Shown: positions 16,747 through 26,788 of the stretch, piece by piece
Layout of the letters: every line of letters starts with the position of its first letter
How positions within the stretch are numbered: position 1 is the first letter of the stretch
Assembly: GCA_964218365.1 (NCBI GenBank)
Contig: CAXPMI010000031.1
Location: 9,940 to 73,939, forward strand
Origin: Candidatus Poseidoniaceae archaeon
GTDB lineage: Archaea; Thermoplasmatota; Poseidoniia; Poseidoniales; Poseidoniaceae
Direction: 5' to 3'
Length of the DNA stretch: 64,000 bases
The notes under the pieces: generated by a model
Told to the model about the DNA's origin: nothing
Database searches by the model: none
The model's input: the letters and a program-made list of their open reading frames with translations, nothing else
Program-made: the position numbers and the translations under genes

Positions 16747-18483
16747 TCAGAGTCTTTGATGCATTTTTGCTAGCCTTCCTGGCGTAGATGACCATTCCCA
16801 TGCAGGAGCTGATGCCCTTGCCAAACCAATGCACTGCGAGCCTTGCATGACCAACAAATCCTCACCTGTCCTGATTGAGTGGTCGTATGATTCTAAGTTT
16901 ACCAGATTAACATCTCCCTTCCATTTGATTTCCGGTTTCAAATGAATCCTTTTCAGCGAATTGGTTGAATCTATTAACGGCACGCAGGCTTTAGCGATTG
17001 AGAAACTGCCTCTCTCTGGAGCCCACATAGCAATTTGTTCACCATCTTTGAGAATCTTCCATCTAGGGAATCTTCCTCGAACCTGGACGCCATCTAGCCA
17101 GTCGTCGTTTAGATGGTGGAATCTTGCGACTGAGCGGAAGTTTGCAATATTGATCTGTTCTCCACTTCGCTTTTTTACCTGAATTTGCTCTGAAACAGCA
17201 GCGCTTAGAATTTCCAAAGCAGCATTATTTGTGGCTGAATTTCCTTTTCTGGTATCAATAACAGGTAGGGATGATTCATAATCAAATCCAGAATGATTGA
17301 TTATCACTCTGTAATTGTTCCTTTCAATAAGTGAATCTAGCATATCTGTGACTCTTTTCATTTCGTCAAGTGTCCAATCTCCAGTAACAGGGATGTCATA
17401 ATGACCAGCAGGCCATACTTCCTCCAAATCCCTTGGAACTAAGCCAAGAGGAGACGTCACGATAACTTCGTGGGCAGAGGAATGCTTTATCGCTCGCCTG
17501 AACGCCTTGTGACTTCTTGATGAAGAATACGGTTTTCTCGCAGAGCATGGAAGTAAAATTAGGACATCATCCAGTCCATCGGGTTTCTCGTACCGATTTG
17601 TGATGAAATCTACCCAATCCAAAATCACAGGTTCATTATGTGATTCAACACTGTGAATTCTTAGGGCTGTACCTTTGCTAACTACTTGTGATAGAATTCC
17701 TTCTGATTCTGCTATAATTTTGTCGTGATTCCTCAAGTGTTCAACCAACCTCGGACTATTCAAGGATTGAGATTGGGCAAGTTCCCTAAGTCGATTATCG
17801 GCAATAGCAGAGCGCACATCTGCAATCGCACTTTTCCAGTGAGAATTTGCGGATTCATTTTCATGTGCCAATCTTGGCCCATTCCATGTAATAACAGCAC
17901 CATGTGATTCTGCTTGCTTTACCCTAGTAGTATCAAACAAATCTACTCCGAACCAAGCGAGGACTGCGCAGTTATCAGGGCCACCGATTCCCGGAGTCCA
18001 CAATAGTGAACCTGGAAATCGATTTTTGATTACATGTATGGCTTTGACAAGTTGTCCCGGTCTATTCGCAAGTTGTAATGCGTCGCTTAGAATTACCACG
18101 TGTGGTTTGAGTTGTGGATCAAGCAACTCTTCATCATGATTCAGAGATTGCCAAGATATCGAGATAATCTCGCCCTTGGATGCCACCTCACCTGCATCAG
18201 CCTCATCCAATGATGGCGGCAATACATGACCAATTGACGCTGTAAGGGTTGGACCGTTATTCTCGGACTCCCAGGGAGCAAATGGAGCCCTTGATTCAAG
18301 TTGTATTGTCCTTGGAATTCCTCCATCACTAGACACACTAAATGGTGCATAATCGACATCAAAATCGTCTTCTGTGACAACAAGACCGGGAGTTTTGGAT
18401 TGAGGACTGGACCTATCGCCCAAAGCCCATATTCTTGCCATTCTTTGGCGGGCTAAGACTGTTCTACCCAAACCCGCCATCAT
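16747..18483 (-). CDS. arcS: Archaeosine synthase-like tRNA-guanine transglycosylase family protein (ArcS-type).
   Basis: An N-terminal TGT-like domain is followed by the ArcS-specific PCxxxKPYxxSxxH motif (PCSARKPYSSSRSHKAF). The 578-aa length fits ArcS. The C-terminal PUA-like region was not verified. Confidence 0.65.
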   Translation of the reverse strand: MMAGLGRTVLARQRMARIWALGDRSSPQSKTPGLVVTEDDFDVDYAPFSVSSDGGIPRTIQLESRAPFAPWESENNGPTLTASIGHVLPPSLDEADAGEVASKGEIISISWQSLNHDEELLDPQLKPHVVILSDALQLANRPGQLVKAIHVIKNRFPGSLLWTPGIGGPDNCAVLAWFGVDLFDTTRVKQAESHGAVITWNGPRLAHENESANSHWKSAIADVRSAIADNRLRELAQSQSLNSPRLVEHLRNHDKIIAESEGILSQVVSKGTALRIHSVESHNEPVILDWVDFITNRYEKPDGLDDVLILLPCSARKPYSSSRSHKAFRRAIKHSSAHEVIVTSPLGLVPRDLEEVWPAGHYDIPVTGDWTLDEMKRVTDMLDSLIERNNYRVIINHSGFDYESSLPVIDTRKGNSATNNAALEILSAAVSEQIQVKKRSGEQINIANFRSVARFHHLNDDWLDGVQVRGRFPRWKILKDGEQIAMWAPERGSFSIAKACVPLIDSTNSLKRIHLKPEIKWKGDVNLVNLESYDHSIRTGEDLLVMQGSQCIGLARASAPAWEWSSTPGRLAKMHQRL

Positions 18484-18497
18484 GACTTTCCACTAGT

Positions 18498-20585
18498 ATG
18501 CTATTCTTGAATGATTTGAAGGATGATGAGGTTACCGACCCAATCATGGGAAGAGTCACATGGTTGCTTGTAAGCATGATTCTAATCATGCCAGTAGTAG
18601 CTGCAGGCCAATCCTATGTGTACAATACTAGCGATGGTGATGTTTGGTTCGATTGTGAAAACTCTTGGGCTAATATCACAACCGAAGACGGCAATTTAGT
18701 CGGAAACGGTAGTGAATTCAAAGCGACAATCGAAGAAGGTAACCACACGGTTTCATTTGAAGATCAAAACAATTGCCAATTCGTAATTCCTGTGAATGGG
18801 GACTTGCCGAATATGAGACCTGCCCCTACGGATTCTTTTGAGGTACTCAATACACAGGTCTGCAGTCAATTAGATTACCAAAGTAATTCATGCTACAAAT
18901 ACCTAGTATCTGGTAATGTAAGCGATGGCGACGATGATATCTTCGCAGTTGATGTATCTAAGGGTCAATTAGTATCTGTGATACTGAATGCAGCATCCTC
19001 TGCAATCGAAATTGAGGTTCATTTCCAAAACGAATTTAGTGAAACTAAATTGAATAGTGAGATATCAATTGCGCTAAACACATCCATCTCAGAAACAAAC
19101 CAAATGTTAATCCCGGCTACTGAGAATGGAAGAATTGTCTTTACCGTTTCTAGTCCGCATCAGGGAACACTATGGATGACAAGCCTAGAGATTTTCACAA
19201 CCGGAGGACATGACCTCTTGACCGGTCTAGGCGACATATCAGGAGTGGGAAATGTATCTTATCAATTTGGACTGGGTGAAGATGAATCGATTCTAGTAAC
19301 TTCATCTGAAGACATTTCCAACGGTGTAAATTTAGGACTAAAATACCGCTACCTATTCACTGAGACAATATTTTCTGAGTGGAATAACATATCTTCAACC
19401 GGTGTGATTGCTGGAGTGGACAGTATCATCGGAATCGAACTGTGGTGGGATTGTGACTGTGAATGGGAATCTACTCTTATCCATAGGACACACTTTGATG
19501 CAGGCTGGCAAGGAGATGCCCCTGGATTTAAGCCACTTTCAGCAATGAGTGACAACTCATCTTATCCATTAATTCCAATGGATGGCACTCCATTTGATGG
19601 AGAAATAACACTCTTTATGGATGATTATCAAGATGTGCTAAGAGTAGAAACAACCGGTTGGAATGAGTCAGTACATTTAGTCGATGTAACTGTTGAAGGA
19701 GATGTTTACGAACTTCAAGTTTTGATATTGAACATGGACCAAAACACTTGGGATGTTTTGGACCAAGTATCAGCAACATATTCTATGGACAAGATTAGGA
19801 TCACCCTGGATGTAGGATTAGGTACTCATTTCGTGAAAATTCAACACCAAAACGGTAGTTCTGCACTCGATGAAAATGCAGAATCATTGGATTGGACAAT
19901 ACGCATTAACACCGCAGTTCTCGAAGAGGGAGAAGAACCATGGTTCCCAGCATCAAATGCTGTGAAAGAAGCAGCAGACGTGTTCTACTGGTTGATTGGT
20001 TTACTTCTGATTTTACCATTCATAATTTTCTACATCAATGTAAACAATAACAAAAAATTCGCTGAAGAATTTGCAAGAAAGAAAAACAGATTGCAGTGGT
20101 TGAGCGATAAATTGGATGAAGGAGAATTCTCTCCTACAGACCTTTCTAGAGCACTGAAGTCTGTATCCTCCCTAGAATGGGAAGAAGCATTAGAAGTCTG
20201 GGGAGAACCTGAGACCAGACATTACACTAATGGCATTGATATGGCGATCTGGACACTTGATGAAAGGATTTCCGATACGGGTTCATGGCCAATTCTAATT
20301 GGACTTACACCTCAAGATTACGAGTGGAGTGTTGCTGCCCTGAAATTTGAGGCGAATGAAGGTCCAGATTGGGTTGTTAGCAGTGTTGAGCCAAAATTAC
20401 TTTCAAGAGCAAATGAGGTTTTCTTGGACACCATATACACCAATTCTCGTGTGTTCATACGCGTCGATTTAACCGGTAATGCAAAGTCGCTAGACATCTA
20501 TCTATCTGGAATGGTCAACGGTGAACCAATCGCAGCCAAACCAGCTAACACGATATATCGTAACTCTGTAGAATCCGAAGAATGA
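18498..20585 (+). CDS. Hypothetical membrane protein with a roughly 480-aa extracellular domain, a single TM and a roughly 190-aa cytoplasmic domain.
   Basis: Signal/TM at MGRVTWLLVSMILIMPVVAAGQ (a possible true start near 18546). The TM is VFYWLIGLLLILPFIIFYI. Confidence 0.6.
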   Translation: MLFLNDLKDDEVTDPIMGRVTWLLVSMILIMPVVAAGQSYVYNTSDGDVWFDCENSWANITTEDGNLVGNGSEFKATIEEGNHTVSFEDQNNCQFVIPVNGDLPNMRPAPTDSFEVLNTQVCSQLDYQSNSCYKYLVSGNVSDGDDDIFAVDVSKGQLVSVILNAASSAIEIEVHFQNEFSETKLNSEISIALNTSISETNQMLIPATENGRIVFTVSSPHQGTLWMTSLEIFTTGGHDLLTGLGDISGVGNVSYQFGLGEDESILVTSSEDISNGVNLGLKYRYLFTETIFSEWNNISSTGVIAGVDSIIGIELWWDCDCEWESTLIHRTHFDAGWQGDAPGFKPLSAMSDNSSYPLIPMDGTPFDGEITLFMDDYQDVLRVETTGWNESVHLVDVTVEGDVYELQVLILNMDQNTWDVLDQVSATYSMDKIRITLDVGLGTHFVKIQHQNGSSALDENAESLDWTIRINTAVLEEGEEPWFPASNAVKEAADVFYWLIGLLLILPFIIFYINVNNNKKFAEEFARKKNRLQWLSDKLDEGEFSPTDLSRALKSVSSLEWEEALEVWGEPETRHYTNGIDMAIWTLDERISDTGSWPILIGLTPQDYEWSVAALKFEANEGPDWVVSSVEPKLLSRANEVFLDTIYTNSRVFIRVDLTGNAKSLDIYLSGMVNGEPIAAKPANTIYRNSVESEE

Positions 20586-21710
20586 CTACCCTCTTCTTTC
20601 TGAGGCATCATCCATTATTCTGTCAACTACATCTTTTGTTCCCGATAAGTTATCCCGTAGTTGTTCAAGAGATTTTTTTGTTGCTTTGTCGAATTTTTTC
20701 GGCATGTGGAGTTTACACAATACAACAACATCCCCTCTTCCAATACCGCGACTAGACGGCACTCCTCTCGAGTTAATTGTGATCGTATCTCCTGAATTTG
20801 TTCCCACTGGGACTTTGATTAGCAAATCCTTGCCATCGATATGTGGAAGTTTTACAGTTGTACCTAAGGCGAGGTCACTAAATCCAAGAGGTAGGGACAT
20901 TATCAAATCCATTCCATTCCTTTCAAACCAAGGATGTTCCTCAACAATCAGTTCTATGAATAAATCACCGGAAATTCCACGACCAAAGGGAGCAGGTTGC
21001 CCTTTTCCTCGCATTCGTAAGCGAGTTCCATCTTGGGCACCAACTGGAATATTGAAACGTAGAACCTGAGATTCACTTTGAGTCCCACCACCTGAACAAG
21101 GCTTACATCTATCTTTGAATGTTCTACCTGAACCATTACAATTTGGACAACTGCGGACTGAATCTTGAACAAACGGCCCGATTTGTTGCCGAATTCTAAC
21201 CTGCCCTGAACCACTACACTCTGAACACTGGGTTGTGACACCATCCTTTGCACCTGTACCCTCACAGTCCGAGCAAAGTATGGGCAAATCGATTTCAATC
21301 TCGTCCTTGCCCCCTTCGAGTACAGATTCCAATGAAATCTCGTGCCGGACCAAAATATCGTTGCCTTGGCTTTGTGCTGACCTCCTGCGGCCACCGCCAA
21401 AAATATTGGAAAAGAAGTCTCCACCCAGTATGTCATCAAGATTGATATTGAATCCTTGGAATCCTCCGGGCCCAAACGGAGAGCCACCGGGTGAATCATG
21501 ACCGAATCGGTCGTAATTCCTACGCTTTTCTGGATCTGAGAGAACAGCGTACGCCTCTTGAATTTCTTTGAACTTTTCATCAGCGTCAGGAGCATCGTTT
21601 TTGTCAGGGTGGTACTTTCTTGCTAGCGACCTGAATGCTTTCTTTAGTTCCTTTTCATCCGAATCTTTGGTGACTCCGAGAACCTCATAGTAGTCTCGTT
21701 TCTCTGACAT
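20586..21710 (-). CDS. dnaJ: Chaperone DnaJ (Hsp40).
   Basis: J-domain [32 protein letters not shown], a G/F-rich region and four CxxCxGxG zinc-finger repeats. The conserved start [13 protein letters not shown] maps to 21710; the track ORF extends to 21779. Confidence 0.9.
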   Translation of the reverse strand: MSEKRDYYEVLGVTKDSDEKELKKAFRSLARKYHPDKNDAPDADEKFKEIQEAYAVLSDPEKRRNYDRFGHDSPGGSPFGPGGFQGFNINLDDILGGDFFSNIFGGGRRRSAQSQGNDILVRHEISLESVLEGGKDEIEIDLPILCSDCEGTGAKDGVTTQCSECSGSGQVRIRQQIGPFVQDSVRSCPNCNGSGRTFKDRCKPCSGGGTQSESQVLRFNIPVGAQDGTRLRMRGKGQPAPFGRGISGDLFIELIVEEHPWFERNGMDLIMSLPLGFSDLALGTTVKLPHIDGKDLLIKVPVGTNSGDTITINSRGVPSSRGIGRGDVVVLCKLHMPKKFDKATKKSLEQLRDNLSGTKDVVDRIMDDASERRG

Positions 21711-21762
21711 AATATCACCTCGTTCAATATATCTGGTAAGGCAGGGGTTCTTCAGTCCAACG

Positions 21763-22680
21763 CTATAATTCACTTCCACAATTCATGCAAAATCGCTCAC
21801 CTACAGAGTTTGGAGCATTGCAAACTCTACATGTTGGCTTTGGAGCGAATCCCGAGTTTGGGACATTTGGTTTTGTTGAAGAAACACCAAAAGCCATCTC
21901 CTCTATTGAGACACCTCTTTGTATAGGCGCACTAACTTGATTGGTTTCATCATCGATAGTTACAGACTCAGCACCATATTCTGTCATAGAAATCATTTCC
22001 ATAGGAATTTGTTTCTTCTCCTCCGATTCTATTGGTTGGATTGGAGCAATAGGACGTTGAGCGATCACAGGTGATAGATCACTTCTTGCCTGTAACTTAG
22101 CTCGTTTTATTGCATCTCTTTCGGCCTTTCTATCTCTACCTCTTAATGATGCAATCCAATCCAAGAATGAATCCATTGGAGAAGGTTTTCTCACCGAACC
22201 TACCGTGGAATTTACTCCACTCTCTCCAAATTGTTCATCGCCTGAAACACGAGCCTGGGCTCGTCTTACGTGTTCAGCGTCGACCAACATTTCAACATTG
22301 ACTTCAGTGTTGATTTCTGTCTCAGAGTTAGTAGAATAGGAACCTACTGCTGAACCAACTTTGCCCTTGAGACTTGCCTCTGCCTCCATTGAAAGGTTGG
22401 TATCCATAGCAACGTCTTTTTCCCAAACGCCACTTTCTTCGGCTTTGAAGTGTTTACCTACTGATTTGACAGCACGACTCCTCTGCCATTCATGGTCTCT
22501 AACAACTCTAGTCCTTCTGTAGAGAAGATATCCTACTCCAAACGCGCCTATGTGTAACCCGACATTTAGGTTGGTAGATACTGCCATCATTTCCCCAAGG
22601 GGTTCGACGATAAACCTCAATGCATTTAGTACGATAACAGGTGTGAATAGCATCACTAGTGAAGTAACCTGTCTCGCCAT
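21763..22680 (-). CDS. Hypothetical membrane protein with two N-terminal TM helices and a C-terminal zinc ribbon.
   Basis: C-terminus [22 protein letters not shown]. It shares a C-x-x-C-x-[TA]-P-N-S ribbon signature with the gene at 13247-15271. Confidence 0.55.
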   Translation of the reverse strand: MARQVTSLVMLFTPVIVLNALRFIVEPLGEMMAVSTNLNVGLHIGAFGVGYLLYRRTRVVRDHEWQRSRAVKSVGKHFKAEESGVWEKDVAMDTNLSMEAEASLKGKVGSAVGSYSTNSETEINTEVNVEMLVDAEHVRRAQARVSGDEQFGESGVNSTVGSVRKPSPMDSFLDWIASLRGRDRKAERDAIKRAKLQARSDLSPVIAQRPIAPIQPIESEEKKQIPMEMISMTEYGAESVTIDDETNQVSAPIQRGVSIEEMAFGVSSTKPNVPNSGFAPKPTCRVCNAPNSVGERFCMNCGSEL

Positions 22681-22721
22681 CTAATCTCTCCCTATCCGTT
22701 TCATCAATGAAAGTTTGTGTA

Positions 22722-23690
22722 TCATGTACGGTCTGTTGGTGCTCTACCACTTCGAATCAGGCCATCAAACATACCAACTGTAAATGCTGTGTGGAGCATT
22801 ACCAAGCAAATCGGTACTCCAACAAGGCATGAAAGACGTGATTTTGTGTATACTAATCCGGTGATAAGGAGCGCTAATACGTATGCAACTGGGGCGTACC
22901 ACCATTCTGGTAAAGCAAAAATAAGAACGAGACCAAGCAACGGTAAGAATTCTCTCGGGTCTATTCTTTTAGGATGTTTTAGTACAACTTTCGTTCGCCA
23001 GAAACCATACCTGTGGCACATTTTCCACCAATTTTTGAGAGAAGAACGCTTGTGCATGTAAACACAAGAAACATCCGAGCGCCATAGTTGCCATCCTGCT
23101 GATATCAGCCTCATGGATAAATCACTATCTTGACTTGTAATGAATCTCTCATCCCATCCACTTACCGACTTCAGCGCTTCGACATTGTGCAAACAAAATG
23201 CTGGTATCTTTGTTTTATGACGGCCTGAAAATCTATTGAATTGACCACCACCCGAACCAATTGGAGAACTAAGAGCACCTTCAATCCATGAAGAAACGTG
23301 ATGCTCTGAATCTGCAGATTCAGTTAAACACCCAATTGCTCCGACCTTTATCCCCAAGGTGGACTCCAAGTCAATTAGGTCATTCACCCTTTTCTCGACA
23401 TGATCTCTGTCTATCCATGAATGACCTATTATCTCAAGGCAGTGTGTGATTTCATCATCTAAGTGGTGCAAAGCAAGATTCCTTGCATTAGCAACACGCT
23501 TTCCGGGGTTATCTATTACTCGAATAGAATCACCATAACTCTTGAGAATATCTAGTGTGGAATCAGTAGAACCACCATCGAGAACCAATATCTTGACTGG
23601 TAAGGTTTGTGCCAGCAGACTATCGATACATCGATTGATGAACTTCTCTTCATTCAAGACGGGTACAACTGCACATACCCGAATCTGCAT
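22722..23690 (-). CDS. Family 2 glycosyltransferase with C-terminal TM helices (dolichyl-phosphate hexose synthase-like, AglJ/AglD/Dpm1-like).
   Basis: MQIRVCAVVPVLNEEKFINRCIDSLLAQT...LVLDGGSTDST is a GT-A N-terminus with DxD-like motifs, followed by two or three C-terminal TM segments. Confidence 0.75.
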   Translation of the reverse strand: MQIRVCAVVPVLNEEKFINRCIDSLLAQTLPVKILVLDGGSTDSTLDILKSYGDSIRVIDNPGKRVANARNLALHHLDDEITHCLEIIGHSWIDRDHVEKRVNDLIDLESTLGIKVGAIGCLTESADSEHHVSSWIEGALSSPIGSGGGQFNRFSGRHKTKIPAFCLHNVEALKSVSGWDERFITSQDSDLSMRLISAGWQLWRSDVSCVYMHKRSSLKNWWKMCHRYGFWRTKVVLKHPKRIDPREFLPLLGLVLIFALPEWWYAPVAYVLALLITGLVYTKSRLSCLVGVPICLVMLHTAFTVGMFDGLIRSGRAPTDRT

Positions 23691-23765
23691 GGAGGTTCCT
23701 GTTTGACTTCTAGTTGTCAATGTTAGCATAATAAATTCATTGAGTAAGTAGTTCTGGGAGGTAAT

Positions 23766-24272
23766 ATGCCGAGGCTGAAACTAACCGCTATCGACGAAGG
23801 TTATACTGTCGTGGTATCATCGAGGCTACTTGGTGCAGATGACCCAGAGTTAGTTCAGGATGCAATATTGAAATTGTTTCCAGACTTCACCTGTGGGCTA
23901 CCTGAAAGCCCAAAATTCCCTAGCGAACAAGATGACATACTGGCATCAGATAATGTTAGCATGCAAACATTCCTTGAGGTAATACACAACCAATTTATTC
24001 TCGATACTGCCCTAGATTATATGTCAGCAAACCTAGACGAGAATGGAACCGTGTTTCACATTTCAAGACAGGCTGCGATGGCAGGGAAGGTTGCCTTTCC
24101 GCTTCCTGGAGAAAGCCCACTAGGCGGCCTTATTACCATAGAAATCGAAGGAGACAACCTAGGTGATTGGCTTGAGGCTGCTACTTGGCATAGCGGCCGT
24201 GAAAACATACCTAGAAGAATTGGTGATGAGTTTTCTATGCAGAGTGACGGTGATGCTTCAACTTGGCACTGA
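23766..24272 (+). CDS. Hypothetical protein (168 aa).
   Basis: Clean ORF with no recognisable motif. Its convergent 3' end overlaps the pcp-nudix gene by about 38 nt. Confidence 0.45.
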   Translation: MPRLKLTAIDEGYTVVVSSRLLGADDPELVQDAILKLFPDFTCGLPESPKFPSEQDDILASDNVSMQTFLEVIHNQFILDTALDYMSANLDENGTVFHISRQAAMAGKVAFPLPGESPLGGLITIEIEGDNLGDWLEAATWHSGRENIPRRIGDEFSMQSDGDASTWH

Positions 24273-25182
24273 TGGCATTTGCAATATCCCTGTCAGGCCC
24301 AAGCCATTCTACTTCATCTGGACCATCGCACCACTGTGTTTTGTCGTGCACGTGTAGTTTCATTTCCCCACCAGAAATGAAACACTCCATGACATGAAGC
24401 CGTACAACTACATCACCGTGGTCAAATATCCATTCACCAATCAATTCACCTGTAGTAACATCGAGTTCTAACTCTTCTTTGATTTCTCTAATCAGACACA
24501 TTGAAGCATTTTCACCATCTTCAAATTTACCACCCGGAAATTCCCACCATCCTGCGTGCTTTTCTGATTGGGCCCTTCGTGCTGCCAAAAACTTACCATT
24601 GTGAATAATTGCTCCTGCACCAACATTGAGACAAGGTGGTCTAAGCATACGATCCAAGCATTGCAGAGCAAGCCCTTTTGCATCGCTTTGACTTAATGGC
24701 AGGTGAAGGAAAAAGCAAGGCGTTCCGTCCTTAATATTCATCAACGTCCTGTAGAGGGTCTCGTTACAGATATATTCTCCTGCATCCTCGCTAATCATAG
24801 GTGAATCAACCATCGATGATATGTCCCAATCATTGGGGTTTATTGTTGACGATATGTCACCTTTTCCACTTATTTTCCTATTGCTAACTTCTCTTCCAGA
24901 ATTATCAGGAATTCTAAAATCCAAAATATCTCTGGCCTTTATTTCGATTCGGGGATGTGCAGAATTGGCTGCTAAACCAATGTGAAGAATCGCTGCAAAT
25001 TCCTCTTCATCTAACATACTAGCAACTGTGTTGCTACCCTCAAAGTCTACAGAAAGAATCAGTGAACGTATTTTGTGGCCACGTACTTCCATACCCTCAA
25101 GAGATTTGGCTACACCCTCAGAGACGTTTATTTCATGTTCGCCGAATGCTTCGAAACCGGTAACAAGAATCGGCTTCGCCAT
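24235..25182 (-). CDS. pcp: Fusion of pyrrolidone-carboxylate (pyroglutamyl) peptidase I with a MutT-like Nudix hydrolase domain.
   Basis: Pcp: N-terminal ILVTGFEAFG, catalytic Cys in AGEYICNETLY and His in FFLHLP. Nudix box: GWWEFPGGKFEDGENASMCLIREIKEELEL (GX5EX7REUXEEXGU). Confidence 0.8.
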   Translation of the reverse strand: MAKPILVTGFEAFGEHEINVSEGVAKSLEGMEVRGHKIRSLILSVDFEGSNTVASMLDEEEFAAILHIGLAANSAHPRIEIKARDILDFRIPDNSGREVSNRKISGKGDISSTINPNDWDISSMVDSPMISEDAGEYICNETLYRTLMNIKDGTPCFFLHLPLSQSDAKGLALQCLDRMLRPPCLNVGAGAIIHNGKFLAARRAQSEKHAGWWEFPGGKFEDGENASMCLIREIKEELELDVTTGELIGEWIFDHGDVVVRLHVMECFISGGEMKLHVHDKTQWCDGPDEVEWLGPDRDIANAISAKLKHHRHSA

Positions 25183-25258
25183 GCTTTACCTCAGTAATAG
25201 GACTGCAATGAGTATTTGCGTCGCCACATTGACAAGTAACATCGCTTTGGACAATATT

Positions 25259-25597
25259 ATGCAGGACGATGACATGGATCTAGAAGTAGTCGTCCCAGTA
25301 GAGGAAAAAGACGTTGATTCGATTGCATTAGGAAAGACAATCTGGAATGAGGTTACTGCAGGTGTTGGAATCTGGGGAGCATTTAGACCGATTTTTGCAG
25401 TAGCACTCTCTCTAGTTCCATTTTTATTCTTAGGCCAACATTTCAATCGAAAGCATCGAAGAGGATTTGATTGGTTTTTACTGCAGATTCCTCTTGCATT
25501 CACGCTAGTTCTTTGGGTGCTACTGTACGTCTGGTCGGTATTTGATGCATGGAGAGATGCTAGTGTTGACGTTGCAAAAAGTCATGACCAAAGTTGA
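25259..25597 (+). CDS. Small hypothetical membrane protein (two predicted TM helices).
   Basis: The internal start MQDDDMDLEV avoids overlap with the pcp gene. TM helices are GIWGAFRPIFAVALSLVPFLFL and IPLAFTLVLWVLLYVW. Coding status is uncertain. Confidence 0.35.
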   Translation: MQDDDMDLEVVVPVEEKDVDSIALGKTIWNEVTAGVGIWGAFRPIFAVALSLVPFLFLGQHFNRKHRRGFDWFLLQIPLAFTLVLWVLLYVWSVFDAWRDASVDVAKSHDQS

Positions 25598-26340
25598 TCA
25601 CTGCACTTTAGTTCACCACTAGCCATACCCGCGAGATCAGCTTTGTCATCATCATCAAACTCATCAGGTATACTTCCTGAAAATATATTCCCGATACTAC
25701 TGCTTTCAATGGCCCAGTACATCACAGAGTCATCATTACTTGAGTGACCTGGATGGTCGGGATCTTCGTGATCAATTGGAGAAGTGTATACCAAATTGAC
25801 CAACCCAAGCAAGTGACCTGCCTCGTGAACAGTAACTGCTCTTTCTATTTCATCTGCAGAAGGACGTCCAAGGAAGTTTTCAGAATCCTCGATTGAATCC
25901 CTAAATACCGCCACAGTAGATGCATCTACTGCAACACCCAGTACCGAATCATCATTGTATGTCCCTTTGGGGAATAGGAAATACCAATTGAGAGTATCTG
26001 AGGCCATTGCGTCATCGCCATGTTTCCATCTTGCATCTCTAACATCGTTTGCGCTCCATGAGTTATCTTCACTGAAATCAACTTCTCTAGCTACGATTTG
26101 AATTCCGTTCGGTTTGTCACAGACTTGGTTTAACCTTGTTTTGACTAAATCCATGGCAACTGGGTCATAGCCGTTTTCAAACAAGAAATGGAGTTTCATT
26201 CCTTCAAATCGGTCATCTTGAAGGCAAGCCAATGCTAATCCACCTGGGATTCCTCGCTTTTCCTCAAACAGTTCATCTGTTCCGAAACAACCTACGAGGC
26301 TGCTCGAGATTAGTACAAAGATAACAAAGACTACTCGCAT
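25582..26340 (-). CDS. Secreted zinc metalloprotease (metzincin-like HExxHxxGxxH).
   Basis: VTVHEAGHLLGLVNLVYTSPIDHEDPDH contains HEAGHLLGL...H. The N-terminal signal has a Cys (LVGCFG), so it is possibly a lipoprotein. Confidence 0.7.
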   Translation of the reverse strand: MRVVFVIFVLISSSLVGCFGTDELFEEKRGIPGGLALACLQDDRFEGMKLHFLFENGYDPVAMDLVKTRLNQVCDKPNGIQIVAREVDFSEDNSWSANDVRDARWKHGDDAMASDTLNWYFLFPKGTYNDDSVLGVAVDASTVAVFRDSIEDSENFLGRPSADEIERAVTVHEAGHLLGLVNLVYTSPIDHEDPDHPGHSSNDDSVMYWAIESSSIGNIFSGSIPDEFDDDDKADLAGMASGELKCSDQLWS

Positions 26341-26348
26341 TTCATCAC

Positions 26349-26771
26349 CTAAAAATCATCTGGAATTTCAGTTGGGCTAAACAATTGTCCGGGACCTGCT
26401 GCTTGAGACAACTGGTTCCTTGCAAGGTGTTCCCATGAACGCATCACTCCCAGTGCGTCACTTACCAACATTTGTTCTTCTTCCAAAGTTACCCTAATCA
26501 GAGTATCGAGGATATCCATTCGATCCCTATCGACTAATGAAAGAGCCTTTTCTAAATCAAAGCTAGCATCAGTTTCTACTGGTTCGGAATCGAGTGGCCA
26601 AGGTTGAGCCAGGTTATTTGGCAGTTCATTGGTGTGTTCTCTTAGTTGTGATAACAAGCGATTTGTCCATCTCGAGATTACCAAACTTGTTTCCAAGATT
26701 GGCATGTTTAGTTGATTGATTAGATTCACCAACCTCTCTTGCAATGTGACCATTGAATCTGCGCCACTCAT
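26349..26771 (-). CDS. Hypothetical protein (140 aa).
   Basis: Lies between the giant ORF and the metalloprotease on the same strand with short gaps, so is probably co-transcribed. Confidence 0.45.
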   Translation of the reverse strand: MSGADSMVTLQERLVNLINQLNMPILETSLVISRWTNRLLSQLREHTNELPNNLAQPWPLDSEPVETDASFDLEKALSLVDRDRMDILDTLIRVTLEEEQMLVSDALGVMRSWEHLARNQLSQAAGPGQLFSPTEIPDDF

Positions 26772-26788
26772 CTGAATACCTCAAATGT

